Notes: generated from the sequence alone by a model not told the origin. A DNA stretch of 63,062 bases, filler included, from 6 parts of 6 records of this genome joined end to end with filler, not necessarily neighbours in it, one strand, 5' to 3'. Positions 9,512 through 19,914 are shown, counted from the first letter of the whole stretch. A program made the numbers and translations.

Positions 9512-11458
9512 TTACTGCCAGGTTGTCGTGATCGGCTGATCGTTCCATGTTCCGGCGATCCAGTCTCGCTCTGTCATCCAGTCCTGATTGTAGTCGAACT
9601 GGCCGATTTCAATACCGCCGGACGTAACGGTCAGAGTCAGGTTGATCCTTTCGATTTCATAATCTTCACCTGTCATCGTGCCTTCGCCACTGACGGAAAT
9701 TCCTTCCCAGTAGCTGCAATCGTTGAACGTCAGTTGGGCCCCGTCATCGGTTTCTACAGCTTCCAACGTCCCGCCACGGGTACAGCCGGACACGGCATCG
9801 TAGTCCATCGCATAGCCGAGGAACGCCAGATCCATGTCCATTTCGAGCAATACGGACCGCGCCAGCCACAACGGGTCCAATGGCTCGGTCGGCAGGCTGA
9901 GGGGGGTATAGGACGGAACGAAATCGGTCTGGCAGACCTGAATGGGCGCATCGGGCAGTTCACCGTCAACCAGCAAACGCACAACAGCCGATTCAACGCA
10001 GGGATAGTCCATGCGCCAGACGACATGGGGGCCGCCTTCGAGCACGATCAACGCTGCATTCTGGCTGCGTTCATACACTGCGACCGCCTGGTCGATTGGC
10101 GTGATCGGGTCGGTCGAAGAGTTCAGCACAAGGGTTGGATAGTCACCACCCGTGAAGGGCGGGCGCGGCTCACTTGCCGGCAGCGCCATGCGGGCGCAGA
10201 TGCTGAGTTCCTGAAAGTAGGTGTCCAGGAAGCGCGGCAGTTGGGGGGCCATCATCTCGGTTGCATGCATGACACGGGCAATTTCGGCGTCCGGGTCCTG
10301 ACCTTCCGTCCAGTCTTCGCAGACGATCGCGTAGTAAGCAGCCCCGTAGAACCCTTCGTCCTCGTCTGACAAGGGCTCGTTGCTTTCGATATCTATCGAG
10401 GATTCATAGTAGCTGTCGCGCAGCAGAGGAACCAGATCGCCCTGGCTTGCAGCCGCCAGAACCCGCAGGAACCAGGATCGGCCGCCGGGGGAGTAGAGGT
10501 TGTTGAAAGTGGAGACCTGAAGGAAAGCTAGATCCAGCTCTCTCGGCTCCGTTCCGCCTACTGCCAGCGGATAGTCGACCATGATCGCACCCGATGACAG
10601 CATGTCCTGCAACATGGCATAGGCGTCAGCAGTGGGCATTCCCATATCGGCTGAGCATTCTGAATTGGCATCGCAGAATGCAAACAGCCGTTCCAGCAGT
10701 TCCTCTGACCCGGTCAGGGTGCTTTCCTGAAACCCGGTCAGGGTCAATTCAGGGTCAACCACGGCATCGAGGATCACACCGGCCACGGCATCGGGGAAGG
10801 TCGCTGCATATTCCTGAACGAATTCCGTTCCGTAGCTATGCCCGTAAAGCCACAATTGCGGTGCCCCGATGGCCTGGCGCAGGATCTCCAGATCGCGGAC
10901 GGCCAGATCGGTGCCGACATGGGGCAGAACCTGCGGGTGCTCCATCTCGGCGGTGCAATCGGCGATGTAGGTATCGACGGCAGTGACGATGCCCTCGCGC
11001 ACATCCTTGGACCCGGCATCGAAATGCATCCCGTCCGCGCGGAACAGGGCGTCCAGTGCCGTGGGGCAGCTGATCCCGTGTTCCGTGCCAACGCCGCGCA
11101 AGTCGAAGAACAGGATGTCATAGGCGTCGAGCACCTCCTGCGCGATGTCGGACAGGTAATAATCCGCATCCACAACGGCTGTGCCTCCCGGCCCCCCCAC
11201 CACATAGACCATAAGCCCCATGCTTTCTTCCGCCGCAGGGTTCAGCGCATAGGTGATCTGAATGGTCTCCTCCGGAACCGGATCAAAGTGGTTCAAGGGC
11301 ACCTCAACGGACACGCAAAGCAATTCGCTGTCCGCGCAGACCTCGGCCCCGATGGCGACAAAGGCATCGGCCGTGCTTTGCGAGTAAGCGGGAAGGCCAA
11401 ACGCAAGCGTCAGACCGAAGGCGGTGGATACGACACCACCGAGCATTGAATAGGTCAA
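9512..11458 (-). CDS. Secreted alpha/beta hydrolase, TAP-like (peptidase S33 family)
   Basis: GGPGG oxyanion motif, FDLRGVG, GHSYG nucleophile, STDP and GGPH for Asp/His; TTG start at 11458 after AGGAG; signal-like N-terminus. Confidence 0.85.
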   Translation of the reverse strand: MTYSMLGGVVSTAFGLTLAFGLPAYSQSTADAFVAIGAEVCADSELLCVSVEVPLNHFDPVPEETIQITYALNPAAEESMGLMVYVVGGPGGTAVVDADYYLSDIAQEVLDAYDILFFDLRGVGTEHGISCPTALDALFRADGMHFDAGSKDVREGIVTAVDTYIADCTAEMEHPQVLPHVGTDLAVRDLEILRQAIGAPQLWLYGHSYGTEFVQEYAATFPDAVAGVILDAVVDPELTLTGFQESTLTGSEELLERLFAFCDANSECSADMGMPTADAYAMLQDMLSSGAIMVDYPLAVGGTEPRELDLAFLQVSTFNNLYSPGGRSWFLRVLAAASQGDLVPLLRDSYYESSIDIESNEPLSDEDEGFYGAAYYAIVCEDWTEGQDPDAEIARVMHATEMMAPQLPRFLDTYFQELSICARMALPASEPRPPFTGGDYPTLVLNSSTDPITPIDQAVAVYERSQNAALIVLEGGPHVVWRMDYPCVESAVVRLLVDGELPDAPIQVCQTDFVPSYTPLSLPTEPLDPLWLARSVLLEMDMDLAFLGYAMDYDAVSGCTRGGTLEAVETDDGAQLTFNDCSYWEGISVSGEGTMTGEDYEIERINLTLTVTSGGIEIGQFDYNQDWMTERDWIAGTWNDQPITTTWQ

Positions 11459-11860
11459 TCCAATTCTCCTATCAGAGTTCAACAGATCAACAAAAGACAG
11501 AAACGATACGGGAAGCAGTGGCAGGTCTTGGTGGCCGCCGCCGGTCAAGTCGATGGCGTCAGAGGCCGATCCGCGAAGCTTTTCTATGGCTGATCCTGCG
11601 AGCGTAGGGTGCGACGGGGCAGCAAGCAACAGAATTCACAAAAAGAATCCGAGGCGCCATTCCCCCAGATGACTTGGATCAAGGGCATGAAGGCGCGCCT
11701 GCTTCACACATCCACACTCTTGTCATGGTCGCATCTTCCGGCATGATGGACGCCTTTCAAACAGTCGAAGACCCGCATTCCGAGGGGGGGATTTCGCGGG
11801 GGCGCTGTCTTCGCCACGTTTCCCTTTCCAATCTTCGCAACCGCCCCTAACGTCCGCCGC

Positions 11861-13081
11861 ATGACACCGGCCTCTGCCCTCGACTCGCGTGCCTCCTGGA
11901 TGCGCCTTGCCATATCGCTGACCATCGGTCTGGTGGGCAATGTCGGCATGTGGGCGATCATTGTCATCCTTCCCGCCGTGCAAGCGGAATTCAACGTCGA
12001 CCGGGGCGACGCGTCGCTTCCCTATACGCTGACAATGATCGGGTTCGCCCTTGGCAATTATTTCATCGGGCGGGCCGTGGATCGGTGGGGGATCACCGCC
12101 TCGATGATCGCGGCCTCCGGGCTGATCGCGGCGGGGTTTGCCGGGGCGGCACTGGCCCCTAACATCGCTACGCTTTCGGCCCTGCAACTGCTGATCGGAT
12201 TTGGCACTGCCACCTGTTTCGGCCCATTGATTGCCGATGTGTCGCACTGGTTCCTGCGCCGCCGGGGCATTGCGGTGGCCATCGCCGCATCCTCCAACTA
12301 TCTCTCTGGCGCGATATGGCCGCTGATCCTGGCGGATATCCTGGCCACGCAGGGCTGGCGCAGCGCCTATCTCGTGCTGGCGGTGGTCACTTTGGTGGTG
12401 ATGATTCCCCTGTCGCTGCTTCTGCGCGCCCGCGTACCAGAGGCCGCCCGCGCCGAGGCTGAGCACTCCGCCGCCCTGCGCGCCCGATCGGTCAATTTCT
12501 CACCCCGGACGCTGACCATGTTGCTGGCGGTTGCTGGCATCGGCTGTTGCGTGGCCATGTCGATGCCGCAGGTCCACATCGTGGCCTTCTGCACCGACCT
12601 TGGCTATGGACCCGCCATCGGGGCCGAGATGCTGTCGCTGATGCTGTTTGGCGGCGTTGCCTCGCGGCTGGTGTCGGGGGCACTGGCCGATTGGTTTGGC
12701 GGTGTAACGACGCTGTTGATCGGCTCTGCCCTGCAATGCATTGCGCTGTTTCTCTACCTGCCGACCTCGGGGTTGACCTCGCTTTACATTGTCAGCCTGG
12801 TCTTCGGGCTCAGTCAGGGCGGCATCGTGCCAAGCTACGCCATCATCGTACGCGAGTATCTGCCCCCGCGCGAGGCTGGCGCGCGGGTGGGGCTGGTGAT
12901 GATGTCGACCATCGCGGGCATGGCCATTGGCGGCTGGATGTCGGGCTGGATCTATGACGTGACCGGCAGCTACCATTGGGCTTTCATCAATGGCATCGCC
13001 TTCAACGTGCTGAACATCGGCATCATGGTGCTGATCCTGCTGCAATCGCGCCCGCGCCGCGCAGTGCCAGCGGCAGCCTGA
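11861..13081 (+). CDS. MFS transporter
   Basis: About 12 hydrophobic segments; GRAVDRWG and GALADWFG motif-A repeats; WFLRRRGIA. Confidence 0.92.
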   Translation: MTPASALDSRASWMRLAISLTIGLVGNVGMWAIIVILPAVQAEFNVDRGDASLPYTLTMIGFALGNYFIGRAVDRWGITASMIAASGLIAAGFAGAALAPNIATLSALQLLIGFGTATCFGPLIADVSHWFLRRRGIAVAIAASSNYLSGAIWPLILADILATQGWRSAYLVLAVVTLVVMIPLSLLLRARVPEAARAEAEHSAALRARSVNFSPRTLTMLLAVAGIGCCVAMSMPQVHIVAFCTDLGYGPAIGAEMLSLMLFGGVASRLVSGALADWFGGVTTLLIGSALQCIALFLYLPTSGLTSLYIVSLVFGLSQGGIVPSYAIIVREYLPPREAGARVGLVMMSTIAGMAIGGWMSGWIYDVTGSYHWAFINGIAFNVLNIGIMVLILLQSRPRRAVPAAA

Positions 13082-13236
13082 CGCCGACCAAATCGGGACG
13101 GAGTCGACCAAATCTGTATTTTCCGTTAAATTACTGTCACCAACATTTGAAAAGGCTACGCGGCAACCACATCTTTTGATGCGAGGGACCGGGCCAGACC
13201 GGAGCCTCGATCGAGACCAAACAAGAGTCCGGTTCT

Positions 13237-14232
13237 ATGTCGATTCGAGAAGTCACCCGCGCCTATTGCACGCGCAGCGACGCGCTTGCCTCGGCCAGTT
13301 ATTTCGGCACTTTCGCCGTCTATTTCCTGACGCTGTACCTTGCCGTCTATTTTTATGATGCCTGGTATCTGGTGGCCCCTTTGGTGGTGATCAACGCGCT
13401 GTCGGGGGTGAGGCTTTATGTCCTTCAGCACGATTGCGGGCACAATTCCTTGTTCACGCATCGTTGGGCAAACGATTGGGCGGGCTACGGGTTGTCGACG
13501 TTTACGCTGACCCCGTATCGGGCCATGCAATACAACCACAACGAACACCACAAGTTCCTTGGCGATCTGGAAGAACGCCGATCGGGCGAAATCCACACCA
13601 TGACCCTTCGCGAATGGAATGTGGCCAGCTGGAAAACCCGCCTGTTCTATCGGCTCTACCGCAACCCACTGTTCCTGATTCCGATCGGTGGCATCTTCGT
13701 CTATGCCCTTCGCTATCGCTGGCCCAAGAATTCCATGAAGGTGGGACCGGCAGGCGTTCTGACGCATGACGTGCTGCTTTTGGGCTGGATCGGTTTGCTC
13801 TATTGGCTTGGCGGGATGCCGGCCCTGATGGTCTATCTGGCCACCGTCTTCGTGGCGGCCTGTTCGGGCGTGTTCCTGGTCTACTTGCAGCATAATTTCG
13901 AGGACACCTACTGGGATCGACGCCCTGACCTGCGCCACGATCAAGCGGCGCTTCAGGGGTCCTCGGCGCTGGATCTGGGCTGGTGGTTCGACCTTGCGAC
14001 AGGCAACATCGCCTATCACGACATCCACCATTTCAACGCCAATATCCCCAGCTACCGGTTGCGCAAATGCCACCGGGCAATCCGCGATCAGTTCGACCTG
14101 CCGACAATCACCTGGCCCGAGGCGATTCGCAGCTTTTCCCTGAAGCTATGGGATGAAGACCGGGAACGGCTGGTGCCGTTTCCACGCGAACGCCGACGCT
14201 TCAGCCGGTTTTTCGAAAGACTGCCCGGTTAG
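13237..14232 (+). CDS. Membrane fatty acid desaturase (Des-like)
   Basis: Three His boxes HDCGH, HNEHH, HDIHH plus QHNFE. Confidence 0.92.
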   Translation: MSIREVTRAYCTRSDALASASYFGTFAVYFLTLYLAVYFYDAWYLVAPLVVINALSGVRLYVLQHDCGHNSLFTHRWANDWAGYGLSTFTLTPYRAMQYNHNEHHKFLGDLEERRSGEIHTMTLREWNVASWKTRLFYRLYRNPLFLIPIGGIFVYALRYRWPKNSMKVGPAGVLTHDVLLLGWIGLLYWLGGMPALMVYLATVFVAACSGVFLVYLQHNFEDTYWDRRPDLRHDQAALQGSSALDLGWWFDLATGNIAYHDIHHFNANIPSYRLRKCHRAIRDQFDLPTITWPEAIRSFSLKLWDEDRERLVPFPRERRRFSRFFERLPG

Positions 14233-15722
14233 CCGATATAGGCGTCCAAAGCGGCTTCTACGCCGCCTTCTGTGATGATGTTCATCCAATGGCAGAAGGC
14301 CGCGACAAACCGGTCGTTTTCCGCCAGATCGCCATAGATTGCCGGCATCTCCAACCATAGCCGCGGCTGCCGGACAGCTTTCCGCGCGCGGTCAGTCAGA
14401 TGATCCCAATCCGGGTCGTTTGCTGCTATCGCCTCTCCGCTTGCGGTCGTGCCAAGGCAGTAGCGGGCCCAAAGTGCCTCTGTCAGGGCCAGCCCCGAGA
14501 TTTCGCCTCCTGCCGCCAGCGCGTCGCGCAGCGAGGGCAGGACAAATCCGGGATGCCGGCTGGACCCATCGAAAGCAACACGCCGCGTGGTGTCCACGAT
14601 CGAAGGGTTCGAAAAACGGCGCTCGATCAGAGAGATGTAATCCGCAGGCGCGAACTCGGCCACGGCGGGAACATGGGCTGCGACCTCTTCGGTCAGCACC
14701 TTGCGCAGAAACGCCCCGACCAACCGATGGCTCGTCGCCTCGGCAATCGTTTCCAGCCCCAGCAGAGCCCCCGCATTCGCCACCATCTGATGCCCCGCGT
14801 TCAGAATACGCAGTTTCATCATCTCGTAGTCGTGAACCGAGCCCGAAAAGGTTACTCCGACCTTCTCCAGCGGCGGGCGACCTGCGCAGAAATCATCCTC
14901 TATCACCCACTGCCGGAACGCCTCGTGCGAGACGGGTGCGGCGTCGTTCACCCCGAAGGCTCGGGCGAATTCCAGCTCTCTTTCACCGGTCGCGGGCACG
15001 ATGCAGTCGACCATTGAATTGGGAAAGCTACAGCTGTTTTCAATCCAGTCCGCAAGTGCGGGGTCCGTTAGCCGTGCGAGGCCAAGAATGGTGCGTTTCA
15101 GGATCGTGCCATTGCCTTGCAGATTGTCACAGCTAAGCACCGTAAACGGGCCTGTACCCGCCTCTCGCCGCTCGCGAAGGGCTTCGATGATGGCGCCAAA
15201 GACCGTACATGGCCGATCCGGATATATCGTATCATGCGAGATGTGTGGATGATTGGTGTCGAGCCTCCCACCGGCCTGATAGTAGCCGCCTTCGGTCACC
15301 GTCATTGCGACAATACGGATTGCCGGGTCGGACATAGCGGTAATCAGCGGATCATTGTCATCGGCAACCGGGACATACCCGATCATCGAGCCGATGACCT
15401 CTGCCGCCCGGTGATCGGCGTCCAGCTCGATCAGGGTTGTCAGGCAATCCTGCGCCAGCAGCTTGTCTCGCATGGTCGCGTCATAAGTCCGAACGCCAGC
15501 ACCGACAATTGCCCAGTCCAGCGCAAGGCCCATATTCATCAGCCGGTTCAGATACCACGCCTGATGCGCCCGGTGAAAGTTCCCGACACCAATATGGACA
15601 ATCCCCGGCGTCAGCGCGGACCGGTCAAAGACCGGACGGGCCACGTCGTCCGGCAGGGCCGACAACGTCGCGTTCGACAGCGCAATCAGGTCCGGGCCCG
15701 ATTCATGTGCAGCTCTGACCAT
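14229..15722 (-). CDS. mtlK: Mannitol 2-dehydrogenase
   Basis: HIGVGNFHRAHQA, TVTEGGY, SCDNL, FPNSMVDCIVP, KLRILNAGH; follows smoS as in the Rhodobacter polyol operon. Confidence 0.93.
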   Translation of the reverse strand: MVRAAHESGPDLIALSNATLSALPDDVARPVFDRSALTPGIVHIGVGNFHRAHQAWYLNRLMNMGLALDWAIVGAGVRTYDATMRDKLLAQDCLTTLIELDADHRAAEVIGSMIGYVPVADDNDPLITAMSDPAIRIVAMTVTEGGYYQAGGRLDTNHPHISHDTIYPDRPCTVFGAIIEALRERREAGTGPFTVLSCDNLQGNGTILKRTILGLARLTDPALADWIENSCSFPNSMVDCIVPATGERELEFARAFGVNDAAPVSHEAFRQWVIEDDFCAGRPPLEKVGVTFSGSVHDYEMMKLRILNAGHQMVANAGALLGLETIAEATSHRLVGAFLRKVLTEEVAAHVPAVAEFAPADYISLIERRFSNPSIVDTTRRVAFDGSSRHPGFVLPSLRDALAAGGEISGLALTEALWARYCLGTTASGEAIAANDPDWDHLTDRARKAVRQPRLWLEMPAIYGDLAENDRFVAAFCHWMNIITEGGVEAALDAYIG

Positions 15723-15734
15723 GGCCGATCCCCC

Positions 15735-16508
15735 TCAGCTCATCCAGTTGCCGCCGTCGACATTATATGTCTGGGCGACGATATAGTTGGCATCGGGCGA
15801 CGCCAGAAAAACGGCCATGCCGGTCAAATCCTGCGCGGTGCCCATGCGGCCAAAGGGGACGGCTTCGCCGACTTCGCGCTTCTTCTGTCCGGGGGCCTTG
15901 TTTTCGTACCTGGCAAAGAAAGCGTCGACGCCGTCCCAATGTTCCCCGTCCACCACACCTGGGGCGATGGCATTCACGTTGATGCCGTGCTGGATCAGGT
16001 TCAGCCCCGCCGATTGGGTCAGGCTGATGATGGCGGCCTTCGAGGCGCAATACACCCCGACAAGGGCTTCGCCCCGACGTCCGGCCTGGCTGGCCATGTT
16101 GATGATCTTGCCGCCCTGACCACGCTCAATCATGTGCTTGGCGACGGCCTGAAGGGTGAACAACGCCCCCGCCACGTTGATCTGAAACACCCGGTCATAG
16201 TCTTCGCGGGTGATCTCGACGATCGGGGCGGCCGAGAAGATTGCGGCATTGTTGATCAGGATGTCGATCTGGCCGAACGCGGTGATGGTTGCGGCAACTG
16301 CCGCCTCGATGCTGGCCTGATCGGTCACGTCCATCTTGACGGCAATCGCCGCATCCCCGATCTCAGCCGCGGACGCACGGGCGCGCTCGATGTCGATATC
16401 GGCAATCGCCACCCGCGCGCCTTCTGCGGCATAGGCCTCGGCAAAGGCCAGCCCAATGCCACGCGCCGCGCCGGTGATCAGCGCCGTCTTTCCTGCCAGT
16501 CGGGTCAT
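15735..16508 (-). CDS. smoS: Sorbitol (L-iditol 2-) dehydrogenase, SDR family
   Basis: [44 protein letters not shown]. Confidence 0.93.
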   Translation of the reverse strand: MTRLAGKTALITGAARGIGLAFAEAYAAEGARVAIADIDIERARASAAEIGDAAIAVKMDVTDQASIEAAVAATITAFGQIDILINNAAIFSAAPIVEITREDYDRVFQINVAGALFTLQAVAKHMIERGQGGKIINMASQAGRRGEALVGVYCASKAAIISLTQSAGLNLIQHGINVNAIAPGVVDGEHWDGVDAFFARYENKAPGQKKREVGEAVPFGRMGTAQDLTGMAVFLASPDANYIVAQTYNVDGGNWMS

Positions 16509-17075
16509 GCGATGCGCAGCCCCTGAGCATCAAACTTGTGGATCTGATCTTCCTGCGGGGTCAGCCAGACGGTGTCACCATGCGTCGCCCCGAATTCGCC
16601 GTCGACGCGGACGGTCATGGGGTCGCCACCTGTTTCGCGGTGCACGTGCAGAAAGGTGTCAGAGCCCAAGTGTTCTGCAACGCCGACGGTGCCTTTCCAG
16701 GCACCCTCGGTGGTCGAGATCGAGATATGTTCGGGCCGGAAGCCGATGGTCGTGGCGCCACGCTTGGCGGCTTCTTCGCCGGTCAGGATGTTCATGCTTG
16801 GCGAGCCGATGAACCCGGCCACAAACAGATTGCGCGGGGCGCGATAAAGCTCCAGCGGGCTGCCCACCTGCTCGATCACACCAGCCTGAAGCACCACGAT
16901 CTTGTCGGCCATGGTCATCGCTTCGACCTGGTCATGGGTGACGTAGACCATCGTGGTGTCCAGCCGCTTGTGCAGCTCGCTGATTTCCAGCCGCATGCCG
17001 TGGCGCAGGGCCGCGTCGAGGTTGGACAGCGGCTCGTCAAAGAGGAAGGCCGCCGGTTCGCGCACGATGGCGCGG
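16505..17075 (-). CDS. smoK: Polyol ABC transporter ATP-binding protein (N-terminus truncated)
   Basis: [38 protein letters not shown]; directly upstream of smoS. Confidence 0.88.
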
Positions 17076-17175
17076 NNNNNNNNNNNNNNNNNNNNNNNNN
17101 NNNNNNNNNNNNNNNNNNNTTAATTAATTAANNNNNNNNNNNNNNNNNNNNNNNNNNNNNNNNNNNNNNNNNNNN
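17076..17175. other. Artificial contig spacer
   Basis: 100-bp N block with TTAATTAATTAA. Confidence 0.99.
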
Positions 17176-17210
17176 GAATAGGCCAGGACAACTTTCTTGG
17201 GCGCGGACAT
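17176..17210 (-). CDS. argG: Argininosuccinate synthase, first 11 codons only
   Basis: Minus strand reads MSAPKKVVLAY(S), the typical alphaproteobacterial ArgG start; AAGGGGA upstream. Confidence 0.85.
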
Positions 17211-17351
17211 CGGCATTTCCCCTTAAACGTATGACGCTTGGCCCCTAACGGGTTTTGTGTCCGGGGGCAAGTTGTGCTGTTTGACGCGGGGGTATATCAG
17301 AGGAGAGATTGGTAAAAGTTAATCGTGTAAAAGTTGATTTTAGGAGATTTT

Positions 17352-18128
17352 ATGCAAGGTTGGTTGTTGTTTGTTCATGCGGTGAAGCTGGTTTTCACCA
17401 ATTTCGGGACGGCGATGCGTTTGTCCGTGGTGCCTTACGCATTCATTGCTGTTGTGGGGGTTTGGAGGGAGTTGGCAAAGGCGGGGACGGGCGATCCGTT
17501 ACTGCCAGCACAAGGAACGTCGATACCTTGGACCGAAATCATGGTGCTGTCTGCCGTCAGTGCCATTTGTACCCCTTGGATCGCGATCAATTGGCACCGT
17601 TTCGTTTTGTTGGAGCAGTTTCCAAGTGGTGTTGTCCCAGCTTGGGGACTGCGCCGTATTTTTAGGTATTTGTATAGAACTCTGATAGTTGCGCTGCCAG
17701 TGATTGCAGTGGGGTTGTTCACGATTGTTGGCTTAATCTTGCTTGTTCAATTGTTTTCAGACCCGTGGGTAATACCGGTATTGGGGGTCGGGCTGGGGGT
17801 TGTCATGCTGATAATCGGGCTGCGGTTTTCCATGATTTTGCCGGCTATAGCATTGGATCAGGATATGGGGCTGAGTAAGTCTTGGTCCGTCACCAGACCC
17901 CTTGCAGGTCCGATCGTGGTTCTGGCTTTGTTGAGTGGGGGTCTATCTTTTCTGACTGGTTTGCCGCTTGGTGAGGGGGATTCGTCAAGTGACGCGCTTG
18001 TGCATGAGCCGATGACAAATTTACAGCTCGTCTACAGTATGGTTGTCGGATGGATTAATCTGATGATTGGGATCAGTATTTTGACGACGCTGTATGGGGT
18101 TTGCGTCGAGAAACGCGAAATCGGCTGA
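17352..18128 (+). CDS. Hypothetical multi-pass membrane protein
   Basis: AGGAG RBS; about 6 TM segments; WIAINWHRFVLLE and LRFSMILPAIALD motifs. Confidence 0.8.
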   Translation: MQGWLLFVHAVKLVFTNFGTAMRLSVVPYAFIAVVGVWRELAKAGTGDPLLPAQGTSIPWTEIMVLSAVSAICTPWIAINWHRFVLLEQFPSGVVPAWGLRRIFRYLYRTLIVALPVIAVGLFTIVGLILLVQLFSDPWVIPVLGVGLGVVMLIIGLRFSMILPAIALDQDMGLSKSWSVTRPLAGPIVVLALLSGGLSFLTGLPLGEGDSSSDALVHEPMTNLQLVYSMVVGWINLMIGISILTTLYGVCVEKREIG

Positions 18129-18189
18129 GAGTTTTGGAATACAAATGTATTCCTTGCCTTGCGTAGAGGCTTACGGCAATCAGTTGAAC

Positions 18190-19416
18190 ATGACAGATTT
18201 TATGACCCGTGCCCGTGCTGCCGAACAGGCGATGCGCTCTGTTTTTCCTGTAACTCCGTTGCAGCGGAATGTTCATTTATCCGACCGGTTTGGGGCGGAT
18301 ATTTGGCTCAAGCGCGAAGACCTGAGCCCGGTGCGGTCTTATAAAATCCGCGGTGCGTTCAACGCGATGCGAAAGCAACAGGATCGGGATTTATTTGTTT
18401 GCGCGTCAGCTGGAAATCATGCGCAAGGCGTTGCTTTTATGTGCAAGCACATGGACGTAAAGGGTGTTATTTTTATGCCCGTGACAACACCCCAGCAAAA
18501 GATCCAAAAAACGCAGATCTTTGGTGGCGACAACATCGAGATTCACCTTACTGGCGACTATTTTGATGACACTTTGGCGGCGGCGCAAGCTTGGTGCGCA
18601 CGCGAAGGGGGGCATTTTCTATCCCCCTTTGACGACGATGATGTGATCGAAGGCCAGGCCTCGCTCGCTGTTGAAATCGAAACTCAGCTGGGGCGTGTTC
18701 CTGACCATGTTATGTTGCCCGTTGGTGGGGGCGGTATGTCTTCGGGGGTCAGCACATGGTTTGGCGACAGGACACATTGCCTGTTTGTTGAGCCGGCGGG
18801 AGGGGCCTGTTTACGCGCTGCAATGGCTGCGGGACACCCTGTTGCGTTGGATCATGTAGATACCTTTGTGGATGGGGCAGCTGTTGGTCAAATTGGTGCT
18901 AAGCCATTTGAATTGCTCAAAAACCGTCACCTGTCGGATGTGCTTGTGTTATCCGAGGACCGAATTTGTTCGACGATGATCGAAATGCTAAATGTCGAAG
19001 GCATTGTTTTGGAACCTGCTGGTGCGCTCGCGGTGGAGGCAATTTCAGACGTTCAGACATTTATTCGCGGCAAAACGGTTGTTTGTGTCACATCTGGTGG
19101 CAATTTTGATTTTGAACGCCTGCCAGAGGTCAAAGAGCGGGCCCAGCGGTATGCGGGCGTCAAAAAGTACTTTTTGTTACGGCTGCCGCAGCGACCTGGC
19201 GCGCTCAAGGAGTTTTTGGGGATCCTTGGCCCGGATGACGATATTGCGCGCTTTGAATACATGAAGAAGTCCGCCAGAAATTTCGGATCTGTGCTGATTG
19301 GTTTGGAAACCAGCAGGCCCGAGAATTTCGTGCGATTGTTCGCAAAACTTGATGAAGCTGGTTTTGCGCTGACAGATATCACCAATGATGAGACGTTGGT
19401 GCAATTTGTAATTTAA
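18190..19416 (+). CDS. ilvA: Threonine ammonia-lyase (short form)
   Basis: KREDLSPVRSYKIRGA PLP lysine, ASAGNHAQG, PVGGGG, SGGNFD; one ACT-like C-terminal domain. Confidence 0.96.
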   Translation: MTDFMTRARAAEQAMRSVFPVTPLQRNVHLSDRFGADIWLKREDLSPVRSYKIRGAFNAMRKQQDRDLFVCASAGNHAQGVAFMCKHMDVKGVIFMPVTTPQQKIQKTQIFGGDNIEIHLTGDYFDDTLAAAQAWCAREGGHFLSPFDDDDVIEGQASLAVEIETQLGRVPDHVMLPVGGGGMSSGVSTWFGDRTHCLFVEPAGGACLRAAMAAGHPVALDHVDTFVDGAAVGQIGAKPFELLKNRHLSDVLVLSEDRICSTMIEMLNVEGIVLEPAGALAVEAISDVQTFIRGKTVVCVTSGGNFDFERLPEVKERAQRYAGVKKYFLLRLPQRPGALKEFLGILGPDDDIARFEYMKKSARNFGSVLIGLETSRPENFVRLFAKLDEAGFALTDITNDETLVQFVI

Positions 19417-19419
19417 CGC

Positions 19420-19746
19420 TTAGAAACGGCTAGGAAGCTCTGCCAAAAAAACCTCTTTGGATTGCGTGAACTCGTTTACGATTGCGTCGATATCGACGGT
19501 ATCCGCCGACCCGTTTGCTGACTGTCGCTCGCCGTCCTGGCACAGTTTGGAAAACGTATCAAACCCGAGGCTCAGCGCACTTCCTTTAAGGAAATGTAGA
19601 TCTTGTTCCAGCTGGGATCTGTCAGCATTGTCTTGCAGTCGGGTTATGACCTCACCGACTTCTTCCAAAAATAGTGCGACGACTTCTCCGAAATCTTCGG
19701 CGCCGACTTCGCCGCGCAACTCGCCCACGCGTGACCAATCTAACAT
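19420..19746 (-). CDS. Hpt (histidine phosphotransfer) domain protein
   Basis: LHFLKGSALSLG signature; start set at MLDWSRV. Confidence 0.9.
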   Translation of the reverse strand: MLDWSRVGELRGEVGAEDFGEVVALFLEEVGEVITRLQDNADRSQLEQDLHFLKGSALSLGFDTFSKLCQDGERQSANGSADTVDIDAIVNEFTQSKEVFLAELPSRF

Positions 19747-19794
19747 TTTCTTCCCCTTCTTCTGCGCGCCCACCCTTTAATAGATGGTTTTGCG

Positions 19795-19855
19795 TAAAGG
19801 TCGGGTTAACATCTGGAAGGCTGGGGTTTCCAATTGGATTTCACGCGTTGTTAAC
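19795..19855. promoter_or_regulatory. Two imperfect CtrA-type boxes between Hpt and receiver-PP2C genes
   Basis: TAAA-N7-TTAAC at 19795-19810 and TTCA-N7-TTAAC at 19840-19855, against the TTAA-N7-TTAAC consensus. Confidence 0.6.
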
Positions 19856-19914
19856 GATCTGGTGGCTATCTTCGGATCAGTCAGTTTCGGGACTGAATGT
19901 AAGGACGTGAATTA

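Noticed and set aside
11459-11629. N-terminal extension of the hydrolase in the ORF track (705 aa)
   Set aside because: AGGAG plus TTG at 11458 followed by a signal-like sequence gives a better start.
15117-16526. Long antisense ORFs (also 9200-10369, 46396-47490, 52829-54133, 61234-62112)
   Set aside because: Shadow frames opposite well-supported genes in GC-rich DNA, with no recognisable motifs.
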